In this document: piece after piece, positions 1 to 12,642 of the stretch
Numbering within the stretch: the stretch's first letter is position 1
Layout: each line of letters starts with the position of its first letter
DNA from: Octopus sinensis
Lineage: Eukaryota
Direction of reading: 5' to 3'
Assembly: GCF_006345805.1 (NCBI RefSeq)
Contig: NC_043005.1
Location: 72,602,001 to 72,666,000, forward strand
DNA: 64,000 nucleotides
The notes under the pieces: model-generated
Seen by the model: only the letters and a program-made list of their open reading frames with translations
The model's database searches: none
What the model was told of the DNA's origin: nothing
Program-made: the position numbers and the translations under genes

Positions 1-91
1 ATTTGAGCAACAGAGTTAAATTACAAATATATCAAATATGAATGAATACAACATAAATACCTGGTCTTTTACTGATATATACTAGTAAAGG

Positions 92-331
92 ATATATATA
101 TTTCTTTACTACCTACAAGGGGCTAAACACAGAGGGGACAAACAAGGACAGACAAACGAATTAAGTCGATTACATCGACCCCAGTGCATAACTGGTACTT
201 AATTTATCGACTCTGAAAGTATGAAAGGCAAAGTCAACCTCGGCGGAATTTGAACTCAGAATGTAACGGCAGACGAAATATGGCTACGCATTTCGCCCGG
301 CGTGCTAACGGTTCTGCCAGCTCGCCGCCTT
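92..331 (-). mobile_element. tRNA-derived SINE, family A (tail type 1), full length, with 76-bp flanking direct repeat
   Basis: Minus strand reads GGCGGCGAGCTGGCAGAA (A box) ... GAGTTCAAATTCC (B box) ... GACTTTGCCTTTCAT..GTCGATAAATTAAGTACCAG. More than 10 related copies occur in the window. Flanks 16-91 and 332-407 are identical except for one base. Confidence 0.9.
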
Positions 332-1149
332 TTAAATTACAAATATATCAAATATGAATGAATACAACATAAATACCTGGTCTTTTACTAATATATACTA
401 GTAAAGGTTGTATACATGGGTGAGAAACCTGGAAATTGATGAAACACCATCAGAAATGCATTGAACCAGAGACTGGCTAATTGGACACATGTAAACTACG
501 ATGTTATGGTTTATAAATTGTGTTAAAAGAATAAGTACAGAAGTTTGTCTATATTACAGTATCAGTCAACATCATTTATACTAATTAAAAAAAAACTAAT
601 GACAGCCCTAAATTTAAAAAGAAAGAAAATTCATGTTTGACTTCCTTGTTGATGGGATTTCTAAAGGCGTATTTAAGTGTAATCTAGAAATTTCTTCAGA
701 TCTTGTTTCTTCAACTGGACACTATCAAATATTACCATAAAATGAAAGGATATGGAATTTTGCTAATCAACATTTCTGACTTCTTAACAAGCGAAACGCT
801 GCCAGTTTTATATCTGAACATCAAATAAAATGTCTTTAGAATAATAATTCAGTATAAAAATCAGCTTTAGTCATCTTTTGCAGACTGTCATTGATCTACT
901 ATGTATTCAGGAAACATCTATAGCTCATTGAGATTGATATCATAAGAAATGTGTCTGCTTTGATTATGTCTGTCAAAGATGAAACTGTAAATGGTTCGAA
1001 GAAATCGGGGATGTAATTTTGGCAAGAAACACCGTGGTATTAATATTAAAGAACATAAGAATGATGAACAGCTTGCTAAATATTGATAAAACTGATATGA
1101 GAAACACTATTCAGTAGAACGACAATCATATAGTGAAAAACATGGATTT

Positions 1150-1760
1150 AGTATTAGTTTTGCTTTTAGAAATAGTTAATGATAAATTCTTTTACAATTC
1201 CATAACAATGCTTATAATTATATTTTGGAGGGTCAATGGATGAAAGAGAGAAGTCTCCCATTGGGTAGAATGCTGTTCTATCCTAGGTAATTTTTCTAAA
1301 ACAAGGTATTGCATTTCTCCCTGTTACAAGACAGAGCAACATAAATGCAAGTGCTCATCTTAGAGGCACTGAAAATGGTAGCCACCAGCACTCAACATAG
1401 CTGCTTTCAGAAGTAGCTTCTTCAAATTTCCAATAACACAGGAACAAAAATGATTATGTCATACAAAGCAATGAGATTGTCTTAATTTCTTCCCCGAACA
1501 TTGCTGGAAACATCAGCAACTCTCTCTCAAATCCCTCTATACTGTATCAAAAAAGAAGGGGGATATTGAGAATTTTTATCACAGATGTTCCCCATCAAAA
1601 GCAATGCCATCTGAGTTGGAATGCCTTTGATTATAGGCCTAACCCATCTTGAGTGATCTTGGAATATAGAACAAGGTTTACCATATAAAATGTCAAATGA
1701 ACTAAATAGTTCATCATTTCTTTGTATTTTTAAAGATCAGTATGAAGTAATTATATTGAT
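1150..1760 (+). repeat. local duplication, copy 1 (paralog at about 3622-4230)
   Basis: Colinear similarity such as TAGTTAATGATAAATTCTTT..ACAATGCTTATA..GAAGTCTCCCA..CACCATATAAAATGTC is present in both copies, with many substitutions. Confidence 0.85.
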
Positions 1761-1944
1761 AATTAGCAAGCTTGTCATTCAACTATAGTTAAACTTGGTA
1801 TGATATACCATTGCCTGTATCTACTCTTACAGGGCAAGTGCAAATGGGTCAAGAATTGGAAGTGTATTGTGACCAGGGATGGACAATAGCATCTGGTCAA
1901 TATTGTGATGTGTATATGTATTTATGTGTGTATATATATGGGTA

Positions 1945-2139
1945 TGTGTTAAATAAAATGAGACAACAAAACGAAGGCTGTGTGGAATTATGGGACATTT
2001 ATTGTGGGAAAGGTAGTCTTACAGCTGTTACTGGGATGTTAGGGATATCCCTTCAGCAGAGACGTTATGAGAGAGTTAACTAGAGGGAAATAGAGTTCAA
2101 TATAAGGAGCATTTGGGTCGCGTGGATATCAATGCCTCT

Positions 2140-2140
<1 letters not shown>
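1945..2140 (-). mobile_element. Penelope-like element terminus remnant with degenerate hammerhead (2016-2063)
   Basis: Minus strand reads GTCT-CTGCTGA-AGGGAT..ATCCCA-GTAA-CAGCTG-TA-AGAC. This is a type I hammerhead layout with a palindromic stem III and two core mutations, abutting (TA)n. The Penelope-like assignment is inferred from this layout. Confidence 0.6.
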
Positions 2141-2188
<48 letters not shown>

Positions 2189-2199
2189 TTATTTCTTTG

Positions 2200-2272
2200 C
2201 CGCATTTATCACTGATGAAGGGAAGTTTCTTATGAACTAACTCTGAAATCGGGTCCGATATGGTAATAACGG
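2200..2272 (+). ncRNA. type I hammerhead ribozyme, intact core, within a Penelope-like terminus (about 2188-2405)
   Basis: Stem I is TTATCA (2206-2211) with TGGTAA (2261-2266), extended by CCG/CGG. Core CTGATGA at 2212-2218. Stem II is AGGG/CTCT plus AGTT/AACT. GAAA at 2245-2248. Stem III is TCGG/CCGA. Cleavage triplet AUA ends at 2260. Confidence 0.8.
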
Positions 2273-2429
2273 GATTTTTTAGAAATTTCTGTCAGCCTTC
2301 TACGAAATGCGTGCTTGTAATGATAAATTACATGGTTATTGATGTTATGTCTATTTTTGGCATATTTTGGCATTAGAAATTTTTTCTTTTGCCCTTACTT
2401 ATAAATTATATATATATATATATATAATA

Positions 2430-2630
2430 CATAGGGAGAATTCACAACAAAAAAAAACAAAAGATGAAGACAGGTGGTATAGACAACAAACAGATGTATT
2501 AATTTAATGCTCAGGAAGTGGAAAAGTCTTTAATGTTTCAAGCCTATGCTCTTCCACAGAAAGGAACACAGAAAGAAACAAGGAGAGAAAATTAAGAATG
2601 TGTAGTGGCTAGCGATCTCTCATGGCAAAA
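2430..2630 (-). mobile_element. family D Penelope-like terminus with minimal hammerhead-like motif (2527-2563)
   Basis: Same family as 24558-24710 and 25998-26190. Minus strand reads CCTTT-CTGTGGA-AGAGCATAGGCTT-GAAA-CA-TT-AAAGA. Confidence 0.6.
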
Positions 2631-3560
2631 CATATATATGTGTATGTATATATATTTATATATGTGTGTGTGTGTATGTAGGTATATCACATGACAATGT
2701 TTTCACTGTATCTTTTAGTCATTGTCATGAAGTTACATGAATAAGAAAGATATAAAAAATGTATTTCTTTTGGGTTTTTAATTTAAAACAACATCGTGTG
2801 TGGCTAAAATTTCAGTGAAAATGGACTTGGTAATTAAAAAAATTCATATCTAATTAATATTTGATGTTTTGTAATAATTATTTTTTCCTTTTTTTTCCAT
2901 TCAAAACTTTATTTAGAATGTAGTGCTCACATGACTGTATGTTAAATATTCAGATATTTTTGCAAGCATTTCACATTGTTGGTTGTGTAGAACATGCATG
3001 GACAAAGCAGAAGGACTAGCAGCAATAATAATTACAAAGAAACTGTAGTTTTGTGCTCATGGAATTTTATTCCAACATCACAAACGGAAAACATATTTGT
3101 CCTGGAACTTAAAACTTAAGCCTTTTTGTAAATGCATCTATACTACTACTATACATGAATATTTAAATAAGCTGTCAAGTGAGAAATTGAATTATAGTAA
3201 TTGGACATTAAAGTTTTCCTAATGAAATACTGTCCTCTGTACTTAATTTTTTATTTTTAATCTTTAATGAAAAGTCTAGCCTTCAATTATTTATTCATTA
3301 GGTTTAAGTGAAGTTAATATCATTTTTGGAGTGCAACAAAGGAAGCTATTTTCATTCTAATGGAGGAAAAAGATCAGTTAACAATAATTCTTATCTATAA
3401 TTCTTTTTACTGTTAATACTCTGTTTAGATAAATTGAAAGAGTCCGGAGAAGTTTTAATGGAATAAGTTCTAAGTAATACTTGTTTTTAACTTTTAATAA
3501 CTACATCTGTATGTCTTTTTCATTTTCTGTCTTATACCATATTCCATTCCCTTTGTGCAG

Positions 3561-3600
3561 CAACTTTGGGCTACCAAAACCTAAAGTCAAACAATGCCTA
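3561..3600 (+). CDS. candidate 40-nt internal exon (unverified)
   Basis: A pyrimidine tract of about 50 nt ends in TGTGCAG, and a consensus donor GTGAGT starts at 3601. Open in two frames (TLGYQNLKSNNA; NFGLPKPKVKQCL). No homology recognised. Confidence 0.25.
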
Positions 3601-3621
3601 GTGAGTAATAGGCAGTAGAAA

Positions 3622-4230
3622 CTAGTGTTAATTTTGCCTTTGTATATAGTTAATGATAAATTCTTTAAGAATTTCAAAACAATGCTTATAGACTAGATTT
3701 TGGAGGATCAGCAAATGAAAGAGAAGTCTCCCACTGAATAGAATTCTTTTCTATAACAGTTAGATTTTCGGAAACGAGGTGTTGCATTTCTTTCTGTTAC
3801 ACAGACAGAGCAATATATATCGAAGTGTTCTTCCAAGAGACACTGAAATTGTTAGCCTTGGCATTTTACATTTCTGCTTCCAGAAGTAACTTAAAAATTC
3901 CCAAGTGTTTTACATGGGGACAAAAATAATTTTGTCATTCAAAGCCATGAGGGTGTCTTTATTTCATCACCTAACAAGGATGGAAATATTTCAAATCATT
4001 CCATATTGTCTTTTTAAAAAAATGAAGCATCACATTGAGTATTTTAATGATACTCCTCATAAAAAGCAATATGGTCTGAGTTAGAATGCCTTTGATTATA
4101 AGCCTGGCCTATATTGAGTAACTTGGGGATAAAGAACAAGAATCACCATATAAAATGTCCAGTGAACTACATAGTCCATCATTTCTTAGCACCATTAAAG
4201 GTCAGTATATATCAGTCATAAGTAATTACA
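3622..4230 (+). repeat. local duplication, copy 2
   Basis: Colinear with 1150-1760 at an offset of about 2.47 kb. Confidence 0.85.
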
Positions 4231-4274
4231 TGTCTGCGTACCCATATTTTTTTTATGAGTGCATAGTTGTGAGT

Positions 4275-4565
4275 TCTTTTATTCTTTTATTGGTTTCAGT
4301 CATTTGACTGTGGCCATGCTGGAGCACCACCTTTAGTCGACCAAATCACCCCCAGGACTTATTCTTTGTAAGCCTAGTACTTATTCTATTAGTCTCTTTT
4401 GCCAAACCACTACATTACGGGGACATAAACACATCAACATCAGTTGTCAAGTGATGGTGGGGAGATAAACACAGACACACAAAGATATATGTGTATACAT
4501 ATATATATATATATATATGATGGGCTTCTTTCAGTTTCTATCTACCAAATCCACTCGCAAGGCTT
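4275..4565 (-). mobile_element. SINE family B, 3' portion
   Basis: TTTCAGTCATTTGACTGTGGCCATGCTGGAGCACC tail and an internal (TA)n, as in about 20 other copies. Confidence 0.85.
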
Positions 4566-4589
4566 CTTTATCACATAATGATGCCAAGC

Positions 4590-4848
4590 GCCAATGTCAC
4601 TGCTGCCTTGACTGGCTTCCATGCCAGTGGCACATAAAAAGCACCAACCAATAGTGGTCGTTGCAAGCCTCTTCTTGCCCCTGTGCCATTGGCACATAAA
4701 AAGCACGCACTACACTCTCCAAGTGGTTGGCATTAGGGAAGGCATCCAGCTGTAGAAACACTGCCAGATCAGACTGGAACTTGGTGCAGCCTCCTGGCTT
4801 CCCAAACCCCAGTCAAACCGTCCAACTCATTAAACGATGATGATGATG
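4590..4848 (+). mobile_element. family C, RTE-like retroposon 3' end with (GAT)n tail
   Basis: GGCACATAAAAAGCAC units, then GTGGTTGGCATTAGG..GGCATCCAGCTGTAGAAAC, then TTAAACGATGATGATGAT. Confidence 0.75.
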
Positions 4849-6904
4849 TTACACACATGTATGAGTATGTCTGTGTATATGTGTTTATATATTCTCTAAT
4901 TTATTATTAAAGAAACATTACAATTATTGTAATGCATTTAGCTTCAATCCTACCATATGTCACCTTGGGTGAGTGTTTCCTACTATAACTTAATCAAAGC
5001 TTTGTGAGTGGATATGGTAGATGGAAACTGAAAGAAGCTCATCATGCATATATGTATGAATGTCATTATGTATATAGTTGCACCTTCTTGTTTTGACATT
5101 ATATGAGTGTTCTAAATGAATGTCATTCATTTCCAGTATTCTGTATAAATATGTTTGGCTATGGGTATACATTATCTTACTTAAGGTAAGGGTTGGAAAC
5201 AGGAAGAGCATCCAGCCAAAGAAATTCTGCCTCAGTAAACTCCATTCAATCCATGTGAGCATGGAAATTGGAGCATTAAAACAATGATGTTAATGGTTAT
5301 TTCTTTTGCTACTGCTACTCAGTTCCAGTAAAGAATCTGAAATTGGAATGGCTCAAACAGGGTAATTTCTTGTCTTCACGTAAGATGGCAAAGTCTTTGA
5401 GAGTATATGATCCATTAAGGATTTAGGTCAGTCACATAACCCTCGATGTATATGTTTTGCTTGAATGGTGCCACAAATTATGTCCTAATAATGAACAAAC
5501 TGTAGTCTTTAATAAACTCCTAAGAGGAAAGTTTGTAAATATTGCAGCTAACGTACAAAAAATATTCAGCAATAATTCTTATTTTTAAAATATGGTGTCA
5601 AACTCTTTGGGATGATAATATTTTAAAGGAATCAAAAGAACAGTAAAAAAAAACCATCAAAGTATTTTGAGAATTTCATTTTAGATCCTAAAGAACTGAG
5701 GCAAACAGAAGAATATAATTCTGTCAAGATAACGACACTAGAAATAAATTGTGTAAATTGACAGAAAACGGTAAAGGAATGTTTGTCAGCTTCCTTACTG
5801 GGTTAAAGATGAAACATTATTATCCTAGCCTTTACGACATTTTCAGAATTAAACTTCCTGATAAAGATCTGTGTATTTTGTTTCTTTTATTTTATTTTTT
5901 AATTATTTTCTTTCCTGTATTTGTGTATTTATCTAATATTATTAGTCACCATTTGCCTTCTGAAAGCTTTTAATAAACCCTTACATGTTAAAATGGTAAC
6001 TAGAAAAATATAAATACACTAATTATATAATACTGTCATGAAGAGAATGAACAGAATTCACAACTATACTTTTTTTTGTTATTAATCATGCGAAAATAAG
6101 ATCTGCTGAGACATTCAAACTATTTTTATATAAATATACATATTGTTTTCTCGCAAACATTGCAAGTAAATTATATTGTAATTGACACAACTCATCTTTA
6201 TTTTCAGTAGGTGTTTTTGTTACCCTCTTCCTTCAGCAATGACAATTATCAATAACATTCCACTGACATCTTCCTTTTCCACCACTTGTAACTTCATTCC
6301 GGATACAATATTTACTGACAAGTTATTAATTCTCGCAGTTGATGTTGACAATTTCTGTATTAGCTACAGCATATTCATAAGAATATGGAAAAACCTTTAA
6401 CCTGTTCACTTCCCTTATCTTTTGACTACAATATGCAATCTTTGCCACAAATAGAGATGAGAAATATTTATCGCAGACAGGAACATACATACATTTCAAA
6501 ATATAAATTAGAAGAAAGCCTTCTTAATTATTTGTTATACAGTTATGAAATTGTGAAGTCTACTACAGCTGACAGCAGTTGAAAAAGGAGAATTCTAATA
6601 TATACTCAGATGACATTATTGTATTATAAAAGCAAATCAAATTGCTGTGGAATGTGTCTAAGGCATGAATAATTACTCACAACAAACAACATCATCTAAC
6701 AGCAGCCGTATTTTCAAATCTGTTATTTTAATTATCTTTACTTTCATTGCTCAACTTTGATGGTTCTGTCAGTAACAACACAGTCTTGAAAAACAACCAG
6801 TTTCTCTACTTACTGTAAAACTAATTATTTTTGAGCCAATAAGTGAGCTTCTACAAGCAACCACAAAGTATCTCTTAAAACACATCTACCATTTGTAAAA
6901 AAAA

Positions 6905-7762
6905 GGGCCAGCAAATTAGGGAAGGGGATAAATCGATTGCCTTGACCCCCCCCCCATGTTCAACTGGTACTTATTTTATCAACCCCAAAAGGATGAAAGG
7001 TAAAGTCGACCTTGGCAGGATTTGAACTTAGAACATAAGAACAAATAAAATGACCCTAAGCATTTCACCCAGCATGCTAATGATTCTGCTGTCTCATAAT
7101 CCTTTCTATGATAAGCACAAGACTTGAAACTTTTGTGGGTGGGGCCTAATTGATTACATTGACCATAGTACTTGACTGGTTCTTATTTCATTGACCCTTA
7201 AAGGATAAAAGACAATGTTGACTTTCGGGGGATTTGACCTCAGAATGTAAAGGCAGATGAAACGCTGATAAGCATTTTGCCTGCCATGGTAACGATTCTG
7301 CTGGTTGTTGACCACCTTTAAAATTATACTAATAATAATCTTTACTGAAGGACTAGTCAATTACATTGTTCCCCTGGTACTTGACTGATATTTATTTCAT
7401 TGACTCCATAAGGATGAATAGCAAATTGACTTCAGTGGAATTCAACCTCAGAATGTAAAGATGGACAAAATGTTGCAAAGCATTTTATCTAGTGTGCTAA
7501 CAAGTCTACCAACTCACAGCCTTGATGACAATGATGAGAATGAAGGTGGGGAGGGGTCAAATTTTGGCACAAAGCCAGCAAGTTTGTGGTGTAATTTGAT
7601 TCCATTGACCCAAGTACGCATCTGGTAATTATTTTATCGATCCTGAAAGGATAAAAGGCAAAGTTGACCATGGCAGAATTTGAACTCAGAACCTGAGGAC
7701 AGATGAAATATCATGAAGCATTTTACTCAGCATGCTGATGATTCTGCCAGTTCACCATTTTA
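6905..7762 (-). mobile_element. four head-to-tail family A SINEs
   Basis: The CTGGTACTTATTT..AAAGTCGAC..GAATTTGAACTCAGAA..TTCTGC module recurs at about 6905-7095, 7096-7320, 7340-7525 and 7555-7762. Confidence 0.85.
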
Positions 7763-8324
7763 ATGATGATAATACTAATAATAATAGTAGTAAACATCTA
7801 TGTGATAGGTTAGTGTAAACATTTGAAAATTTGTGGCTGTAGAAACATCAAATCATGTTAACACAGAAAGTGTGTTAAAGAATTATTTAAAGAACACAGT
7901 TATTCACATTAAGGGGCATTTATACAAGGGTTGATAATCAATACAAATTTCATTAGAGTTGAAACAATAACCTAGATAAAGTTTGCTGATAACGCAAATT
8001 CTGATTGGTCACAAACTACTGGCTATCTTATAATAAATCTGGCTGATATAATTAAGAAGTTGGCATAAAGGTCATTCAGTGTGCCAACTATCTGTTTGAT
8101 GGCAGAGTACCTGACATTGTTGAAGATTTCATTAGTTAGAATCAACTTACATAGATTATGGCATTATTTCTTGAGAAAACATCTTGTTAGACTAAATTCA
8201 ATTCTTTGGAAAATACTCAGTGTTCTTAGCAGTTTTGTTTGTTTTTTTTTTTGGTTTTTTCAAGGGCGTCTGTAAAATCAATCAGATTTTTGCTTTTAGC
8301 GTTTAGCTATTGAAAGCAATTTAG

Positions 8325-8755
8325 TAGATGTTTTGGAAGAAGATTGCTTTTCAATCGCATGGTTCTAGGTTCAGTTTCACTACGAGGAACCTTGAGCAAG
8401 TTGACCAAAGTCTTGTGAGTGGAGTTAAAAGATGAATACAACAAGAAGTCCATCATGTGTGTGTGTGTGTGCATGCGTGCATGTGTGTGTCTGTGTGTGT
8501 GTATGTGTGTCTGTCTGTTTGTCTGTGTGTGCATGTATGTGTATGTTTCTTTAAGGTTGTGTTTGTCCCCCACCACCTTTTGACAACCGATGTTGGTTTG
8601 TTTATGTCCCCATAACTTAGCGGTTCAGTGAAAGAAACTGACAGAATAAGTACCAGGTTTAGAAAAAGGGGGAAACATTAATTGGGTACTGGGTTTGATT
8701 TGTTCGACAAAACCCTTCAAAGGGGTGCCTTCTCAGCATGGACAAAGTTCAACTC
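8325..8755 (+). mobile_element. SINE family B, diverged
   Basis: B box GGTTCAGTTTC, CCTTGAGCAAG, internal (GT)n, GACAACCGATGTTGG..GAATAAGTACCAGG. Confidence 0.8.
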
Positions 8756-9290
8756 AAAGACAGTCTTATATTGTTACTGCTTCTTCTGAATAAAAAAAAA
8801 TCTTTCCAGATAATGGTGTATGCAGCATTCAAAGACACAGTTCTACAGAATTATATCACCAGAAAAACATGATTTTGTATCCATAAAATATACAAGAAAA
8901 ACGTAGGGTTAACTCACAAGTAGCATAATATATTCAAGAAGTCCTAGAAATTTCAGAATAGCCTTAAGGAAGCTCTGCATTGAGTGTAATACAATGCAAT
9001 CATTGGCCATGTGTATAAATTGTAAAAGAATATTTACACTCTCAAAAGTTTGTAATGCTTTCAGTAAATTTCAAGTGAAACCTTTTATAAGTTTCTGAAA
9101 TTAAATAAAAATGACAGTCTTATTTGAAATAGTCTTGCATATCAATCAGCCATTCAAAGGTAGCATAGGTTTATTTACTGAAATTTTTGTATTGGAAAGT
9201 TTACTTTAAAGTGATGTTGTTTTTTTCATCCCCCATGTGTTTTCTTTAACTTTGATATCAATGCACAAGTATGTAAGTGTAATTAATATG

Positions 9291-9740
<450 letters not shown>

Positions 9741-10149
9741 TCTTACCAAAATTATGAAGTTGTTTCACTGAATTCTTTAGAACTTATTGAGAATCTTTAT
9801 TGCTAAGAAGAACAAAGCTATGGACAAAAGTAAAGAAAGAGAGAATGAAAGAGAGACAATGAGAGAGTGCCAGGTTGTATAAAAGAGGTGGCACAAATTT
9901 TGAAAACATGACAGTTAAATCCTATATTTGATTAAAACACTGAAGTACAAAGAAAAATTATGAGTTCAGATTTAAAGAATGAGAAAATAAGTTTGATAGT
10001 AAACCCATTAAGTTCCATATTTAGGTAAATGTTAATTATGTATTGTTCAGTAATGACTGAGTCTGTCGTTGTGTTTAAGTCATGTAACTAATTCTGAAAT
10101 AATTCTAAGTTTACTGATATGTATCATATTTCTATAGCTTAAGGTTGTC

Positions 10150-10372
10150 ATTAATAATAGTTTCAAATTTTGACACAAGGCTAGCAAGTTCAGGTAGGGG
10201 TAAGTTGATTACATCGACTCCAGTACACAACTGGTACTTATTTTATCAACTTCAAAAGGAAGCAAAAGCAATATCAACCTTGGCAGAATTTGAACTCAGA
10301 CCATTAAGACAGATGAAATGCTACTAAGTATTTTGCATGGTGTGCTAATGGTTCTGCCAGCTTACCACCTTA
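10150..10372 (-). mobile_element. SINE family A (tail type 2)
   Basis: CTGGTACTTATTTTATC..GGCAGAATTTGAACTCAGA..TTCTGCCAGCTTACCACC. Confidence 0.85.
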
Positions 10373-10665
10373 CAGGTTGAGATTGATAATGAACAACATT
10401 CTTTGATAGTAAATGAATATATGGATTATAGTTCGTTTTGTATTTGGGCTGCAAAATTCTTGATGTGAATTTGTGTGTTTTGTTGTCTTGGGAGGGTCAT
10501 CATGCCAATGATATCACATGCACAGGTTCACTTCTACTTCTTTATTGTTAGACAGTTGGTTAAATATTTAATCAGCTAACTAATGAATTGTTTGTTTAAC
10601 ATGTAGGTTAAGTACTCAATTGGTTGCTTGTTTGTCAAAGTTCTATCATCACTGTTTGTGATGAT

Positions 10666-11068
10666 AGGCAGCAAGCTGGCAGAATCATTAGCACGCTGGG
10701 TGAAATGCTTAGCAGTATTTCATCTGCCGCTACGTTCTGAGTTCAAATTCTGCCGAGGTCGACTTTGCCTTTCATTCTTTCGGGGTCATTTAAATAAGTA
10801 CCAGTTACACACTGGGGTCGATGTGATCAACTTAATCCATTTATCTGTCCTTGTTTGTCCTCTCTGTGTTTAGCCCCTTGTGGGTAATAAATAAATAGGT
10901 ATTTCATCTGCTGCTATATTCTGACTTCAAATTCCACCAAGGTCAGCTTTGCCTCTCATCCTTTCAGGGTCAATAAATTAAGTACCAGTTGCATACTAGG
11001 GTAGATCTAATCAACTGCCTCCTCCTCCAAAATCTCAGGCGTTGTGTCTATAGGAGAAAGGGTTATTA
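10666..11068 (+). mobile_element. dimeric family A SINE (tail-1 monomer followed by 5'-truncated tail-2 monomer)
   Basis: Two consecutive B-box plus central-domain modules that end in different 3' tails. Confidence 0.85.
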
Positions 11069-11529
11069 TCATAACGACTCTCTCAAGATGCAACAAGACT
11101 TTAGTTAGGTTATATAAAGTTGTAGATTTGTTGATGTTTGAGGCAATATAAATATTATTGTCAATGAAGCTCTAGAACTCTTAGGAATATTATTTCTGAA
11201 GTCTACTACAAATGAACTGGGATGTAAATTGAATGAAAGGAAATCAGAAAAATAATGCTAATCATGAAACAAAGGCTAAAAGGGATCTGTGGTTATTTTA
11301 AGATTATTATGAAGTGAAATAGCTAACCACTTTATGTACTGAGATGAGAATAAATGAAGCTAAATAAATGAGTGTTTAGATTTGATTGAAAAATTAAAAT
11401 GCATTTTGAATAATAAATGACATTGTAATGTGGAAATTAAGAGATACTCAGTAATGTAAACAGTATGAGAAATGGACCCAGAACCTTCAGAAGGGTGAAT
11501 ACAAAGGGACATAGCTGCAAAGCATTTAT

Positions 11530-11832
11530 TATCACATGAGCACATGATTGACCAAACTAGTGGATGTTGTTATACATCACTGATTACCATGCACTTTGCT
11601 TCATTTTAGCTTTCAAATTATGTCACCCTACTGTCTAAGTGAGCAGGTTAACATTCCTCCTTATCAGAAAGCCAGTCCATCTGAGTGTTAACCCATTTAC
11701 AGCTGAGCTGACTGGAACAACGTGAAATGAAGTGTTCTGCTCAAGAACCAATGCACTATTCAAACCAGGAGTCAAACCCACAATCTAGCGATTGTTAGTA
11801 CAACACTCTAATAACTAAGCCAAATGCCCTCA
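11530..11832 (-). mobile_element. tRNA-derived SINE related to 34189-34445
   Basis: CAGCTGAGCTGACTGGAACAACGTGAAATGAAGTGTTCTGCTCAAG, with a tRNA-like head at 11760-11832. Confidence 0.75.
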
Positions 11833-12441
11833 TCAAAAACATTTATCATAAATACACAAAATGTATCAAAATATGAATAAATCTCATAATAAATAATATA
11901 AAGATACATGAACTTATAAAGAGAAAGAAATTTAGTGTATTAAGCGAATTAGGCACAAATGTAGGCATCCATATGTATACATGAATGTGTATATATAGTA
12001 CATACACACAGATTACACCACATTTACACACAGGCACAAAAATATATTTATTCTCACTTATATGAGTGCGTATATATATATATATATATATATATATACT
12101 ATATCTCTGTCCCTTAATCTGTGTGTGTGTGTGCTTGTACCAATAATGGTATCTTCTGTCAACATTTCAGTAATCCAGCAATATTATATATAAAAAAATT
12201 ACGTATCTCTGAAGATTTGGCAAAACAGTTAGATAATGTAATCTACATTACATAACTAACAATAACTTTTGTTAATGAAATATGCCTGAGATGGTGTAAC
12301 AAAATGTCTTATAAACAATCTCATGTTTTTTTTTTTATTTTCAATATATACACACACAGGCTGATTCATATAAGGAGAGAGAGAATATATAAATATGTAT
12401 TTGGAACTTTTAAATGTAAATATTTGTGTACAATATTAGTG

Positions 12442-12444
<3 letters not shown>

Positions 12445-12478
<34 letters not shown>

Positions 12479-12483
12479 TATAA

Positions 12484-12518
<35 letters not shown>

Positions 12519-12553
12519 ATATATATAAATATATATACATACATATATAATAT

Positions 12554-12585
<32 letters not shown>

Positions 12586-12589
12586 AATA

Positions 12590-12635
<46 letters not shown>

Positions 12636-12642
12636 TATATAT
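12445..12642. repeat. (AT)n microsatellite
   Basis: Seen directly. Confidence 0.95.

Noticed and set aside
5323-5361. Possible 39-nt phase-1 exon (PVKNLKLEWLKQ)
   Set aside because: The splice sites are only moderate (donor GTAATT), it sits next to a repeat tail, and such matches are expected by chance.
6182-6760. Short ORFs including a hydrophobic ending (SSNSSRIFKSVILIIFTFIAQL*)
   Set aside because: No coherent frame, no good splice acceptor and no recognisable domain.
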